Position numbers and translations under genes: made by a program. Below the pieces are notes generated by a model. The model made no database searches. It saw only the letters and a program-made list of their open reading frames with translations, and was not told the DNA's origin. Below, one piece after another: positions 25,323-33,533 of a DNA stretch of 33,825 nt. Source of the DNA: Clostridiales bacterium (GTDB taxonomy: Bacteria > Bacillota > Clostridia > Oscillospirales > QAMX01). The first letter of the stretch is position 1; each line of letters starts with the position of its first letter. The DNA lies in assembly GCA_012514045.1 (NCBI GenBank), contig JAAZBA010000059.1:1-33825 (forward strand), given 5' to 3'.

Positions 25323-27215
25323 ATGAAAAAGCGCATCTTAGCTCTCTTTCTCGCTGTCCTGCTGATTATCGGCATATTTGCCGGCTGCTCCGCCGGAGAC
25401 AAGAGCGGAGACACCGCCACTGACGCAAAGGCGGAAACCACCACCGACGCAAAGAAGGAAACTACCGACAAGAAAGAAACTACAGACACGAAGAAGGAGA
25501 CTACCGACAAGAAGAAAGAGGAAAAAACTGATAAAAAGAAAGAGGAGACTGCCGCCGCTCCCGAGGATGACAGCCTTGTCACTCCTAACGGCGAGTTCCC
25601 CATCGTTAAGGAAGAGACCGGTCTTACTCTCCTCATCTCCCCCAATGCCACTGTTACCGACTATGACGATAACGACTATCGTCACTATGTCAAGGAGCGC
25701 ACCGGCGTTGACGTAACCATAGTGCTCACGCCCGCCGAGAACGGTGTTCAGAACGTTGAGCTGCGTGTTGCTTCCGGTGAGGAGCTTGAGGATCTGGTCT
25801 GCGTAAACCTCAGCGCTGTTTCGAGAAACGCCATGTATAACGACGGTATTGTCCTGGGACTCGACGAGCTCTTCGAGACGTACAGCCACTGGTGGTACAT
25901 CATGGCTGAAGAGTATTGTACCGAGCGTGAGAGAGCCTACATGAACTCCCTTACCCGCGGCTTTGACGGCACAATGATCACATGGCCGCTCTATTATGCC
26001 GATCCCTCCAACGAGTTCAATCCCGGCGATACCCTCTACATTATGAATGACTGGGTCGAGAAGCTCGGCATCGAGATTCCTGACACCACCGACAAGTTTT
26101 ATGACGTTCTCGTCCGCATCCGCGATGAGGATCCAAACGAAAACGGCAAGAAGGATGAGATTCCGTTCCTGTCTCTCGGTCAGAGAGGTCCCCTTGTCCT
26201 GATTAACAGCTTTGTATACTGCGGCAGCACCCTTGTCAACGCCACCGACGGTCAGCTCTGGACCCCATTCAACACAGACGAATACCGAGAAGCTATCAGA
26301 TATCTTCGCAAGCTCGCTGTTGATGAGCTCCTCAGTGTTACATCTTTTACACTTGATGATAATCAGTTCAAGTCCATCATGAATATAGAGGATTCCGGAG
26401 AGCCTCCTTATGTTGGCGTCTACTCCCACCATCCGACGCTCGCCTTTGACGATGCTTCAGGCCGCCGTCTCGGCTTCACCCCGATTTACCCGATCAAGGG
26501 TCCGGAAGGCGTCGCTTACGCTATCTGCAGACCGAACGCGCAGGACTATTTTATGTCCATCACCAAGTACTGCGAGCATCCAGAAGTCGCCGCGAGACTT
26601 CTTGACTCTTTCTGCGAAGAGGATATGATGCTCTGGTCCCGCTGGGGAGTTGTCGACCGCGACTGGATTGACCTCCGTGAGGAAGAGGGCTGGGATTGCC
26701 GTTACGCCGACCTGGGCTACGAAGCCAAGTTCGTCGTCCTTAACAACCCCTATGGCTCCTCCAACAACATCATCTGGAAGTGGGACCGCGCCACATCCCT
26801 CCCGCCCGCGCTCATGGGCGCCCAGGGTATAGTTACCGAGGAGAATAAGAACGTCACCCTGACCGACGGGTCTACTGCCGAGCTCAAACCGACCACTGAG
26901 TATTCCCTCAGATCTGCCAAACTCGTTGCACAGAAGTCCAAGGACATCCCGGAAGAGATCGTCGGCAGGCTCATGTACACCGAGGAAGAGGATCTCGCCA
27001 TCGCCGATATCGCCAGCTCTCTTGGCACATTCATATCTGAGTCCAGAGTTCGCTTCATCACAGGCGAGCTTGACATCGAGAAGGATTGGGACGCTTACGT
27101 AAAGCAGCTTGATGACATCGGTCTCGAAGAGTACATCAAGGTCACCCAGATTGCATATACAAGGCAGAAAGAGGCAGGCGGAGGCACTGCCGCCGGAGCC
27201 GGTATCAAGAAATAA
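25323..27215 (+). CDS. Extracellular solute-binding lipoprotein of a carbohydrate ABC importer (large LplA-like SBP)
   Basis: 630 aa counted from ATG 25323, which has a GGAG RBS 8 nt upstream. MKKRILALFLAVLLIIGIFAGC is a lipoprotein signal with lipobox Cys22. A K/E/T-rich tether precedes a ~550-aa SBP body. The listed start at 25209 has no RBS and would precede the signal peptide. Confidence 0.85.
   Translation: MKKRILALFLAVLLIIGIFAGCSAGDKSGDTATDAKAETTTDAKKETTDKKETTDTKKETTDKKKEEKTDKKKEETAAAPEDDSLVTPNGEFPIVKEETGLTLLISPNATVTDYDDNDYRHYVKERTGVDVTIVLTPAENGVQNVELRVASGEELEDLVCVNLSAVSRNAMYNDGIVLGLDELFETYSHWWYIMAEEYCTERERAYMNSLTRGFDGTMITWPLYYADPSNEFNPGDTLYIMNDWVEKLGIEIPDTTDKFYDVLVRIRDEDPNENGKKDEIPFLSLGQRGPLVLINSFVYCGSTLVNATDGQLWTPFNTDEYREAIRYLRKLAVDELLSVTSFTLDDNQFKSIMNIEDSGEPPYVGVYSHHPTLAFDDASGRRLGFTPIYPIKGPEGVAYAICRPNAQDYFMSITKYCEHPEVAARLLDSFCEEDMMLWSRWGVVDRDWIDLREEEGWDCRYADLGYEAKFVVLNNPYGSSNNIIWKWDRATSLPPALMGAQGIVTEENKNVTLTDGSTAELKPTTEYSLRSAKLVAQKSKDIPEEIVGRLMYTEEEDLAIADIASSLGTFISESRVRFITGELDIEKDWDAYVKQLDDIGLEEYIKVTQIAYTRQKEAGGGTAAGAGIKK
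25413..25550 (+). repeat. Imperfect tandem coding repeat giving a (D/T)-K-K-E-T-T-D low-complexity tether in the SBP
   Basis: The peptide is TATDAKAETTTDAKKETTDKKETTDTKKETTDKKKEEKTDKKKEET. The underlying DNA repeats units like ACCGAC(A/G)..AAGAA(A/G)GA(A/G)ACTAC. Confidence 0.7.
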
Positions 27216-27267
27216 TCGTAATCGCAATAACCTGACTCTGCTTAAGCTTTAAGTTATGCTATGTTTA

Positions 27268-27299
27268 CCGCGGGCGGACTCGCGCGAGTCCGCCCGCGG
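27268..27299 (+). other. Perfect GC-rich intercistronic hairpin between the SBP and permease genes
   Basis: CCGCGGGCGGACTCG-CG-CGAGTCCGCCCGCGG forms 15-bp perfect arms with no U-tract after it (GTGCATACAAC). Confidence 0.75.
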
Positions 27300-27344
27300 G
27301 TGCATACAACAAATTTGCTCTAACGGCCGAAAGGGGAAATGCTC

Positions 27345-28331
27345 ATGGCAAAGGCAGCCGAAGAGAAGGCTAAAGCCGTTACCACCGTAAACAGCAAAAA
27401 GGGGGAAAAGTTCCGCCGTTTTCTTCTGGATTCAAAGAAAACGTGGCAGCTTTACCTTTTCTGTGTTATACCGCTCGCTTATCTTCTCATATTCAACTAC
27501 TATCCAATGTTCGGCGTTCAGATTGCCTTTAAGAGCTACACCGCTTCCAAGGGCATTTGGGGCAGCCAATGGGTAGGACTCAAGCACTTCAAGACATTCT
27601 TTACTTCCTATCAGTTCTCCCGCACAATCATCAACACGCTTCGTATTTCTGTTTATTCCCTGTTGACCGGCTTTCCGCTGGCTATAGTTTTTGCGCTGAT
27701 GCTCAATCTCGTCCGCAACGCGCGCATCAAGAAGTGGATTCAGACCATCACCTATGTTCCTCACTTCATTTCCACGATAGTTATCGTCGGCATTATCTTC
27801 CAGCTCTTCAACCCCGTTACCGGCGTCTATGGCTATATCTACCGTATCTTTAACCCGGGCGAATATCCCGTAGACTTGTTTACAAAGGCTGATGTCTTCC
27901 CGCATATGTATATATGGTCAGGAATCTGGCAGCAGCTGGGCTGGAGCTCAATAATTTACATCGCGGCGCTCGCCGGCGTCGATCCGGAGCTTCACGAAGC
28001 GGCAGAGATAGACGGCGCCAACAGATGGCAGCGCATTTGGACGATAGACCTGCCTGCGATACTCCCGACGGCGTCAATCATGCTTATCCTTCGTTTCGGC
28101 TCCATCATGAGTGTCGGTTATGAAAAGGTCTACCTTATGCAGAATGACCTCAACCTTGTCAAGTCTGAGGTTATATCCACATACATTTACAAGGTCGGTC
28201 TTAAGTCTGCTACTACTTTCTCGTACGGTACCGCCATCGGTCTTTTCAACTCCGTTATAAACTGTACGCTGCTGGTATTGGTTAACTGGATCGCCGGAAG
28301 ATTCGGTGAAGGAGGTACAAGTCTATGGTAA
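27345..28331 (+). CDS. Carbohydrate ABC transporter permease (LplB/MalF-like)
   Basis: About 328 aa with six hydrophobic segments and the EAA loop EAAEIDGANRWQRIWTIDLPAILP. ATG 27345 is spaced 8 nt from an AGGGG RBS, whereas the listed ATG 27339 is too close to it. Confidence 0.85.
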   Translation: MAKAAEEKAKAVTTVNSKKGEKFRRFLLDSKKTWQLYLFCVIPLAYLLIFNYYPMFGVQIAFKSYTASKGIWGSQWVGLKHFKTFFTSYQFSRTIINTLRISVYSLLTGFPLAIVFALMLNLVRNARIKKWIQTITYVPHFISTIVIVGIIFQLFNPVTGVYGYIYRIFNPGEYPVDLFTKADVFPHMYIWSGIWQQLGWSSIIYIAALAGVDPELHEAAEIDGANRWQRIWTIDLPAILPTASIMLILRFGSIMSVGYEKVYLMQNDLNLVKSEVISTYIYKVGLKSATTFSYGTAIGLFNSVINCTLLVLVNWIAGRFGEGGTSLW

Positions 28332-29254
28332 GCACAAAAACCGCCGAAAAGGCTATACTCAAGAGAAACAGGATAAAGGATCCTTGGCAGGATAAGCTGC
28401 TTTATGCCATCGTCGGTATTTTCTTCGCTGTATTTGTTATTCTCGTACTCTATCCTATCATATTCGTCATATCCGCGTCCTTTTCCTCTGGCGCCGCGCT
28501 GAACGCCGGTCAGGTAATACTTTGGCCTGTCGATCCTGGTCTGCACGGTTATGAGGCGGTTTTCTCTCATAAGTACGTCCTTTCCGGTTACCGCAATACG
28601 ATATTCTATACCATCGTCGGTACCGCCATCGGCGTATCCGTTACGTTTACCGCCGCTTATCCGCTTACGAGGAGAGACTTCCCCGCGAGACGTTTTATGA
28701 TGGTTCTGTGCACTATAACGATGTTCTTCGGCGGCGGTCTCGTTCCGTTTTACATCCTCATGGTCAACCTAAAGTTCATAAATACCATTTGGGCGATGCT
28801 TATACCGGGAGCGCTGAGCGTTTACAACATGATTCTCGTCCGCACGAACATCATGTCAAATATACCGAATGAGCTGCTGGAGGCGGCACAGATCGATGGA
28901 TGCAGTGACACACGCTATTTCTTCGAAATAGTTCTTCCGCTTTCGAAGGCTGTTATCGCTGTTATTACGCTTTACACCGCTGTCGGTCACTGGAACAGCT
29001 ACTTTAACGCGATGATATTCCTCCGTGATAAGAATCTCTTTCCGCTGCAGCTGATCCTGCGTGAGATTCTCGTTTCTTCTCGTATCGACCTGAGCGAAAT
29101 CGAGGACGCTGACCTTCTGGCTGCGCTTGTAGGTCTCGAAAACCTGCTCAAGTATTCGCTTATAGTCGTCTCTTCCGTGCCGATTATATGTGTCTATCCG
29201 TTTATTCAAAAGTACTTTATCAAGGGCGTTATGATCGGCTCCCTCAAGGGCTGA
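28325..29254 (+). CDS. Carbohydrate ABC transporter permease (LplC/MalG-like)
   Basis: 309 aa with the EAA loop EAAQIDGCSDTRYFFEIVLPLSKAV. GAAGGAGG RBS, with a 7-nt overlap onto the upstream permease gene. Confidence 0.88.
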   Translation: MVSTKTAEKAILKRNRIKDPWQDKLLYAIVGIFFAVFVILVLYPIIFVISASFSSGAALNAGQVILWPVDPGLHGYEAVFSHKYVLSGYRNTIFYTIVGTAIGVSVTFTAAYPLTRRDFPARRFMMVLCTITMFFGGGLVPFYILMVNLKFINTIWAMLIPGALSVYNMILVRTNIMSNIPNELLEAAQIDGCSDTRYFFEIVLPLSKAVIAVITLYTAVGHWNSYFNAMIFLRDKNLFPLQLILREILVSSRIDLSEIEDADLLAALVGLENLLKYSLIVVSSVPIICVYPFIQKYFIKGVMIGSLKG

Positions 29255-29280
29255 TTTGCAGATATATCCTTTTGTAAGAT

Positions 29281-29317
29281 AAAGGGCAAACTATATAAAG
29301 GTTTGCCCTTTGTTTTT
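29281..29317 (+). terminator. Rho-independent terminator (probably leaky) after the permease genes
   Basis: The stem is AAAGGGCAAAC (29281-29291) / GTTTGCCCTTT (29301-29311) with a 9-nt loop, followed by GTTTTT. The next gene starts only 30 nt downstream. Confidence 0.7.
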
Positions 29318-29346
29318 AACCGAAAAACAGAAAGGAATGTACAAAT

Positions 29347-30432
29347 ATGGGTTCTCAGTGGTCAAAAAGCCGCGCCGCGGAGTGGTATGACAGCGTAGGC
29401 TGGCTGCGTGGTTGTAATTATATGCCGGCGAACTGCGCCAACCGTATAGATATGTGGCAAAATCTTGGTCTCGAGGAGCACACGGCTTGGGCGGCGGAGG
29501 AACTTGCTCTCGCTCACCGGCTCGGCTTCAACAGCGTGCGTCTGATCCTCGAATTCACTGTCTGGAGAGAGGAACACGACACTTTTTTCGACAATGTTGA
29601 CCGCTATCTCGCGCTGTGCGATGAAAACAAAATTAACGTCATGCTCACTGTCGGCAACGACTGCGTTACCCCCAAGACAGAGCACTGGCGCGAGGAACAT
29701 GTAGGCGTCCAGCCCTGCGACTGGGGATATCACGGCGGCAAAAAGTATTCCCCTCATCAGAGTCATGACCTCGTCGGCTTTCATGTGCTCGACGCGCCTG
29801 AGACGAGGGATCTTTACTTCGACTTTGTGCGTGAGTCGATCGAGCGCTACCGCAACGACAGTCGTGTTGTGATGTGGGATCTATACAATGAGCCCGGAAA
29901 CGTCAACCGCGGAGACATGACATTAAAAAATCTTCCGATTATGTTCGAAATCGCGCGCGGCATCGATCCGATACAGCCGCTGACAGTAGGCATCTATAAC
30001 GGGAGAAACACAGCATCATGCAACGAGTTCTGTTTTAAGAATGAGGATGTGATAAGCTATCACTGCTACGGTACGATTGAGGAAAATGTGAGATATATTC
30101 GAGAACTTAAATCTTTCGAGCGGCCGATTATCAACTCCGAATGGCTCGCACGTCCCATAGGCTCGACGATTCAGGACCTATTTCCTTTCTTCTACGCTCA
30201 GAACGTCTCATGCTATATGTGGGGATTCGTCGCGGGGCGATATCAGACTTACGAGCCATATAACGCCACGTGGGAGCGCTACGAGCGCGGCGAACTCCGT
30301 GATTTTGACTTCCGTCTGTGGTATCATGATCTGTACAGACCGTCACACCGCCCGTACGACCCGAAGGAGACAGAGCTTATTCGTCGCATATGTGACCTTG
30401 CGGACGACGATATGAAGAAAAAGAAAACCTGA
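29347..30432 (+). CDS. Cytoplasmic clan GH-A (GH5-like) glycoside hydrolase
   Basis: 361 aa with no signal peptide. It has a (beta/alpha)8 pattern: GCNYMP, GFNSVRL, the WDLYNEPGN acid/base NEP motif and a candidate nucleophile in PIINSEW. Confidence 0.65.
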   Translation: MGSQWSKSRAAEWYDSVGWLRGCNYMPANCANRIDMWQNLGLEEHTAWAAEELALAHRLGFNSVRLILEFTVWREEHDTFFDNVDRYLALCDENKINVMLTVGNDCVTPKTEHWREEHVGVQPCDWGYHGGKKYSPHQSHDLVGFHVLDAPETRDLYFDFVRESIERYRNDSRVVMWDLYNEPGNVNRGDMTLKNLPIMFEIARGIDPIQPLTVGIYNGRNTASCNEFCFKNEDVISYHCYGTIEENVRYIRELKSFERPIINSEWLARPIGSTIQDLFPFFYAQNVSCYMWGFVAGRYQTYEPYNATWERYERGELRDFDFRLWYHDLYRPSHRPYDPKETELIRRICDLADDDMKKKKT

Positions 30433-30486
30433 GCGCATCTCTACATATAAAAATCCTCTGTGTAAGCAGAGAATCAGACTACTGAC

Positions 30487-30517
30487 AAAGCCTATCTTAA
30501 AAAATAAGATAGGCTTT
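30487..30517. terminator. Hairpin between convergent genes (possible bidirectional terminator)
   Basis: AAAGCCTATCTTA / TAAGATAGGCTTT form a 13-bp stem with a 5-nt A loop. The flanking U-tracts are short. Confidence 0.5.
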
Positions 30518-30696
30518 AAATATGGTAATTGTCCTTATATTTTACATAGCAGAGGGAAAAGTTATTGTTTGGGAATTCTTGAAACTCTCCGCATTCTACA
30601 ATACCGGAGATTCGTGTGATTCCGCTTGCGTACCTGTATACGATGGGAATTATCTTGGGCATGAACTCAATATAAAATCTAATAGCTGACACCTGT

Positions 30697-31767
30697 TTAT
30701 CTTGCAGTCAAAAGTTTTTCAGCCGTTTCGCGGTCTTTGGCGGAAAACCGAAGTCTTGAATAAGGTGTGCAGCGGAACGCATTTAATACCGAAAGAAATT
30801 CCGGCACACCGTCAATGACCATAATACCGCGCCCGCTTTCGGTGATACGACGGTAAATATCGATCCAATGTCCCGCGGTAGGTTTACCGGCGCCGTAGAC
30901 CCACTGGACGGCGTTCAGTTTTTCAAGGGACAAGATAGCGTCCAAGTGTGGAAGTTGGCCGACTCCGTCAAGATGATAAATCGTATATCCGAGTTTTTCG
31001 GTGTCACGCCGCAGAGTCGGCAGCACAAATTCCGAAAACATTTGTGGACTTATCATGTATGAGAAGTCACATTGAAGTATATATGACGGAACTGACGACA
31101 ATAGTCCTGACCAATTCGTATAACCGTTCTGAGGCGCGAGAACCGCGGCAAAATCGTTGTATGCCGCATACCATACCTGTTCAAGCTCAGATATGAGCCT
31201 AAACACTTCATCCGGCTCGTCGATCAGTGCATAAAGCAGCCGTTCACTGCCGATAAGAGAAGATGCGACGTCGAGTATTCCTCCAAGATCCGGTATACCC
31301 AACATGACACAGCCGTTCCAGCGGTCAAGCCCGGCTTTGTAAATTGCTTTGATACGTTCTGCCCACGGATGCGTCGGATTATATTCGGCGTGAATCTCGG
31401 AGAGCGGCTTTTCGTCATTGCCATCAGGAGGGGAAAACCAAACCGTTCCTGTGGAATTATCAGCTTTGCCTCCGCAGAAAGCGGCGAGTACTCCGGGCCC
31501 AAAGGCGCTGAGATCTACGAAGGGAAATCCGTCGCCAATAAACTCGCAGGTTGAGAGCTGCCGATCAAGCAGCTCTATAACTTCTTCCGGCGAGCGGGAA
31601 AAGTCATCGTAATTTTCCATAGTAAGCGGATTTTCAAGAGGTTTGTCAGAGGGGTATGCGTCGTAAAGCGTTATTGAAAGCAGCGGCCGATTCAATTTGC
31701 CTTCAAACCAGCTGTCGTGCGCTGCACGAACACGCTCCATCCGTGATTTATCAAAATGAACTCCCAT
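30697..31767 (-). CDS. Hypothetical cytoplasmic protein (possibly URO-D/MtaA-like TIM-barrel; unverified)
   Basis: 356 aa counted from ATG 31767, which has a GGAG RBS 6 nt upstream. The listed GTG at 31806 lies upstream of the predicted -10 element, so it is rejected. I recognise no diagnostic motif. Confidence 0.5.
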   Translation of the reverse strand: MGVHFDKSRMERVRAAHDSWFEGKLNRPLLSITLYDAYPSDKPLENPLTMENYDDFSRSPEEVIELLDRQLSTCEFIGDGFPFVDLSAFGPGVLAAFCGGKADNSTGTVWFSPPDGNDEKPLSEIHAEYNPTHPWAERIKAIYKAGLDRWNGCVMLGIPDLGGILDVASSLIGSERLLYALIDEPDEVFRLISELEQVWYAAYNDFAAVLAPQNGYTNWSGLLSSVPSYILQCDFSYMISPQMFSEFVLPTLRRDTEKLGYTIYHLDGVGQLPHLDAILSLEKLNAVQWVYGAGKPTAGHWIDIYRRITESGRGIMVIDGVPEFLSVLNAFRCTPYSRLRFSAKDRETAEKLLTAR

Positions 31768-31796
31768 AGCAATCTCCAAACATCTCGTTTTAAAAG

Positions 31797-31825
31797 ATAG
31801 TATCACAGAGAAATCAGAACGTCAA
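31797..31825 (-). promoter_or_regulatory. Sigma-A-type promoter of the 356-aa orphan gene
   Basis: On the minus strand it reads TTGACG (31825-31820), a 17-nt spacer, then TGaTACTAT (-10 hexamer at 31802-31797). Confidence 0.55.
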
Positions 31826-31969
31826 GGATTTTCCGCTTTTCAGTGAAGAATGTTTATTTGGAATTGCGCTTACGCTTCCTTGGCATTATTCTATGAAATC
31901 ATATATTAGATGCAAACAGAACATGTTATTGTAAGATAGTTGATATTTATTAAGTTATGTAAGGTTAGC

Positions 31970-31998
31970 TTGACATGGAGGCGCTTTTATGATAGAAT
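31970..31998 (+). promoter_or_regulatory. Near-consensus promoter of the XRE/membrane-protein pair
   Basis: TTGACA (31970-31975), a 17-nt spacer, then TGaTAGAAT (-10 hexamer at 31993-31998). Confidence 0.7.
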
Positions 31999-32036
31999 AA
32001 TATGTAAGGTAAACCTGACATAAAGGGCGTGATTAT

Positions 32037-32243
32037 TTGAAGAATAGGGTACGGGAAATGCGCGAAAAAGCATTACTGACGCAAAAAGAACTGAGCGAAA
32101 AAGTGGGCGTTTCGCGGCAAGCAATCAATGCTATTGAAACGGGGAAATTTGCGCCCTCCATATGGCTTGCGTATGACCTGGCAAAATATTTTGAAATGAG
32201 CATTGAAGAGTTGTTTGATTTCGAAGGGAGCGAAAGAAAATGA
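32037..32243 (+). CDS. XRE-family (Cro/CI, YozG-like) HTH transcriptional regulator
   Basis: 68 aa with a TTG start. MKNRVREMREKALLTQKELSEKVGVSRQAINAIETGKFAPSIWLAYDLAKYF is the canonical short XRE HTH. Confidence 0.85.
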   Translation: MKNRVREMREKALLTQKELSEKVGVSRQAINAIETGKFAPSIWLAYDLAKYFEMSIEELFDFEGSERK

Positions 32244-32698
32244 GGATCATGCGGAAACCTGTAACAAACGCAGTTTTTATAGCGGTAATATCTGTTTTTT
32301 ATGCGACAGTGTTTATCATTATCTCCGGACATATTGAATTCGAACGTATGCTTAATCATAAACAAACACTAAACAGCGCTTTTTGGAATGAATGGAGCGT
32401 GTTTTTGAAAGAGGGGAACATGAAATATATTGGGTTAATATACCTTATACTGGCAGCAGCCGTTGTATTTCTGTCTTTGATGAGAAGAAAAAATTATGAT
32501 GAATATCAAATCAGTATTTTAGCCAAAAGTTTTATCACCGCCGGAACCGTTATGGTTTTTCTTTTTCCATTGGCGCTTCTCCTGGTTTTAAGCGATCCCA
32601 ATTACTCCATTGAAACTATAATGTTCCTCGTCGTTGCCCATTGGTCAGCTTTTTTGATTGCAGACCTGTTCCTTGTTATCAGGTGGTGTAAGAGTTGA
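32240..32698 (+). CDS. Small integral membrane protein partnered with the XRE regulator
   Basis: 152 aa with four hydrophobic segments. ATGA overlap with the XRE stop. Confidence 0.7.
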   Translation: MRIMRKPVTNAVFIAVISVFYATVFIIISGHIEFERMLNHKQTLNSAFWNEWSVFLKEGNMKYIGLIYLILAAAVVFLSLMRRKNYDEYQISILAKSFITAGTVMVFLFPLALLLVLSDPNYSIETIMFLVVAHWSAFLIADLFLVIRWCKS

Positions 32699-32771
32699 AA
32701 CTAATTGAAAAGCCAGCAAAAGTGTGATAAAATCAAAATAACTTGACGAAATTACACATGAGTGCTTGTTT

Positions 32772-33341
32772 TCACAACTGCCTTTCATACATATCTTCCG
32801 GCGTATTGCTGATGAACCCGTATTTCGATGAAATCTCGGACGTAGCCGCTTCTAACTTCGCGTTGTTGCGGGCTTCGTATTTTGTGGTGCTTTTCTTCTA
32901 GACAAAGTTATACTTATTGGCATTGGCTTCTATTTTGGTTCCGTTTACGAAGAGATGCTCAAACTTTATCTCGCCAATCTCTTTCAGCTCTTCGACAATC
33001 TGAAAGAACAGCTCCTCCGCACACTGAGACAGCCTCTGAGTGCGGAATCTGGCGAATTCATGGTGGTTTGGCGCAGCTGCTCCGTTCAGCAGCCATATGA
33101 AATTGATATCCCGTCTACAAGCTGAAGCGATATCTCGTGACGAATAGATGTTTTCCATATTTGCGTAAACATATATCTTAAGCATGGTTGACGGCGCTGT
33201 CGCAGGCTTCCGACCGAGTTCGCTATATGCTCTCATTAGCGGGGTCAAGTTCATCTCTTCAATCATCTGGTCTAAGAGCCGAACACTGTCATCTGCGGGA
33301 ATAATCTTTTCTGCGAAGCGTTCGTCAATAAACAGTTGCAC
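32772..33341 (-). pseudogene. IS1182/IS5-like transposase remnant (N-terminal DUF772-type region only; in-frame stop; DDE half missing)
   Basis: The 147-aa ORF ends ...FVNGTKIEANANKYNFV then TAG at 32898-32900. The same frame continues KKSTTKYEARNNAKLEAATSEISSKYGF... to 32772. Intact relatives have Trp at the stop position (..FVWKK..) and a further ~300 aa. Confidence 0.6.
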
Positions 33342-33407
33342 ATTCCGGGCTCATATGCAATAATATGTCCCGGTGATGTTGTTTTTCACACATTAGTATT
33401 ACCACAA

Positions 33408-33466
33408 AAAAGAAGCCTTGCCGACTGTTTTTTGCAGTTCTTACTGCTACAGTACCAAGGCTTCTT
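33408..33466. terminator. Long-loop hairpin flanked by A/T runs; possible terminator of the BNR gene
   Basis: AAAGAAGCCTTG (33408-33419) pairs with CAAGGCTTCTTT (33455-33466). The 35-nt loop contains small sub-hairpins. T-runs follow the hairpin on both strands. Confidence 0.45.
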
Positions 33467-33533
33467 TCTTTTTTTTGGGAGCACTATTTTACGACAGCCC
33501 CGCATAGGAATTTTCGTGTCTACTAACTATTGA

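Noticed and set aside
25338-26432. 364-aa minus-strand ORF (plus 26457..27227, 256 aa) antisense to the SBP gene.
   Set aside because: These are shadow ORFs of a strongly supported lipoprotein SBP gene, with no RBS and no recognisable domain.
27268-27299. The GC hairpin as a classical rho-independent terminator.
   Set aside because: No U-tract follows it and the permease genes need to be transcribed through it. I interpret it instead as a stability or processing element.
30518-30696. A small minus-strand reading frame (about 40 codons, starting MPKIIPIVYRY...) between the convergent GH and orphan genes.
   Set aside because: It is below any reliable size, has no RBS, and I could not even confirm the frame by hand count. 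It is not supportable.
31768-31806. GTG start at 31806 for the 369-aa version of the orphan protein.
   Set aside because: This start lies upstream of the predicted -10 box (31797-31802). ATG 31767 has a properly spaced GGAG RBS.
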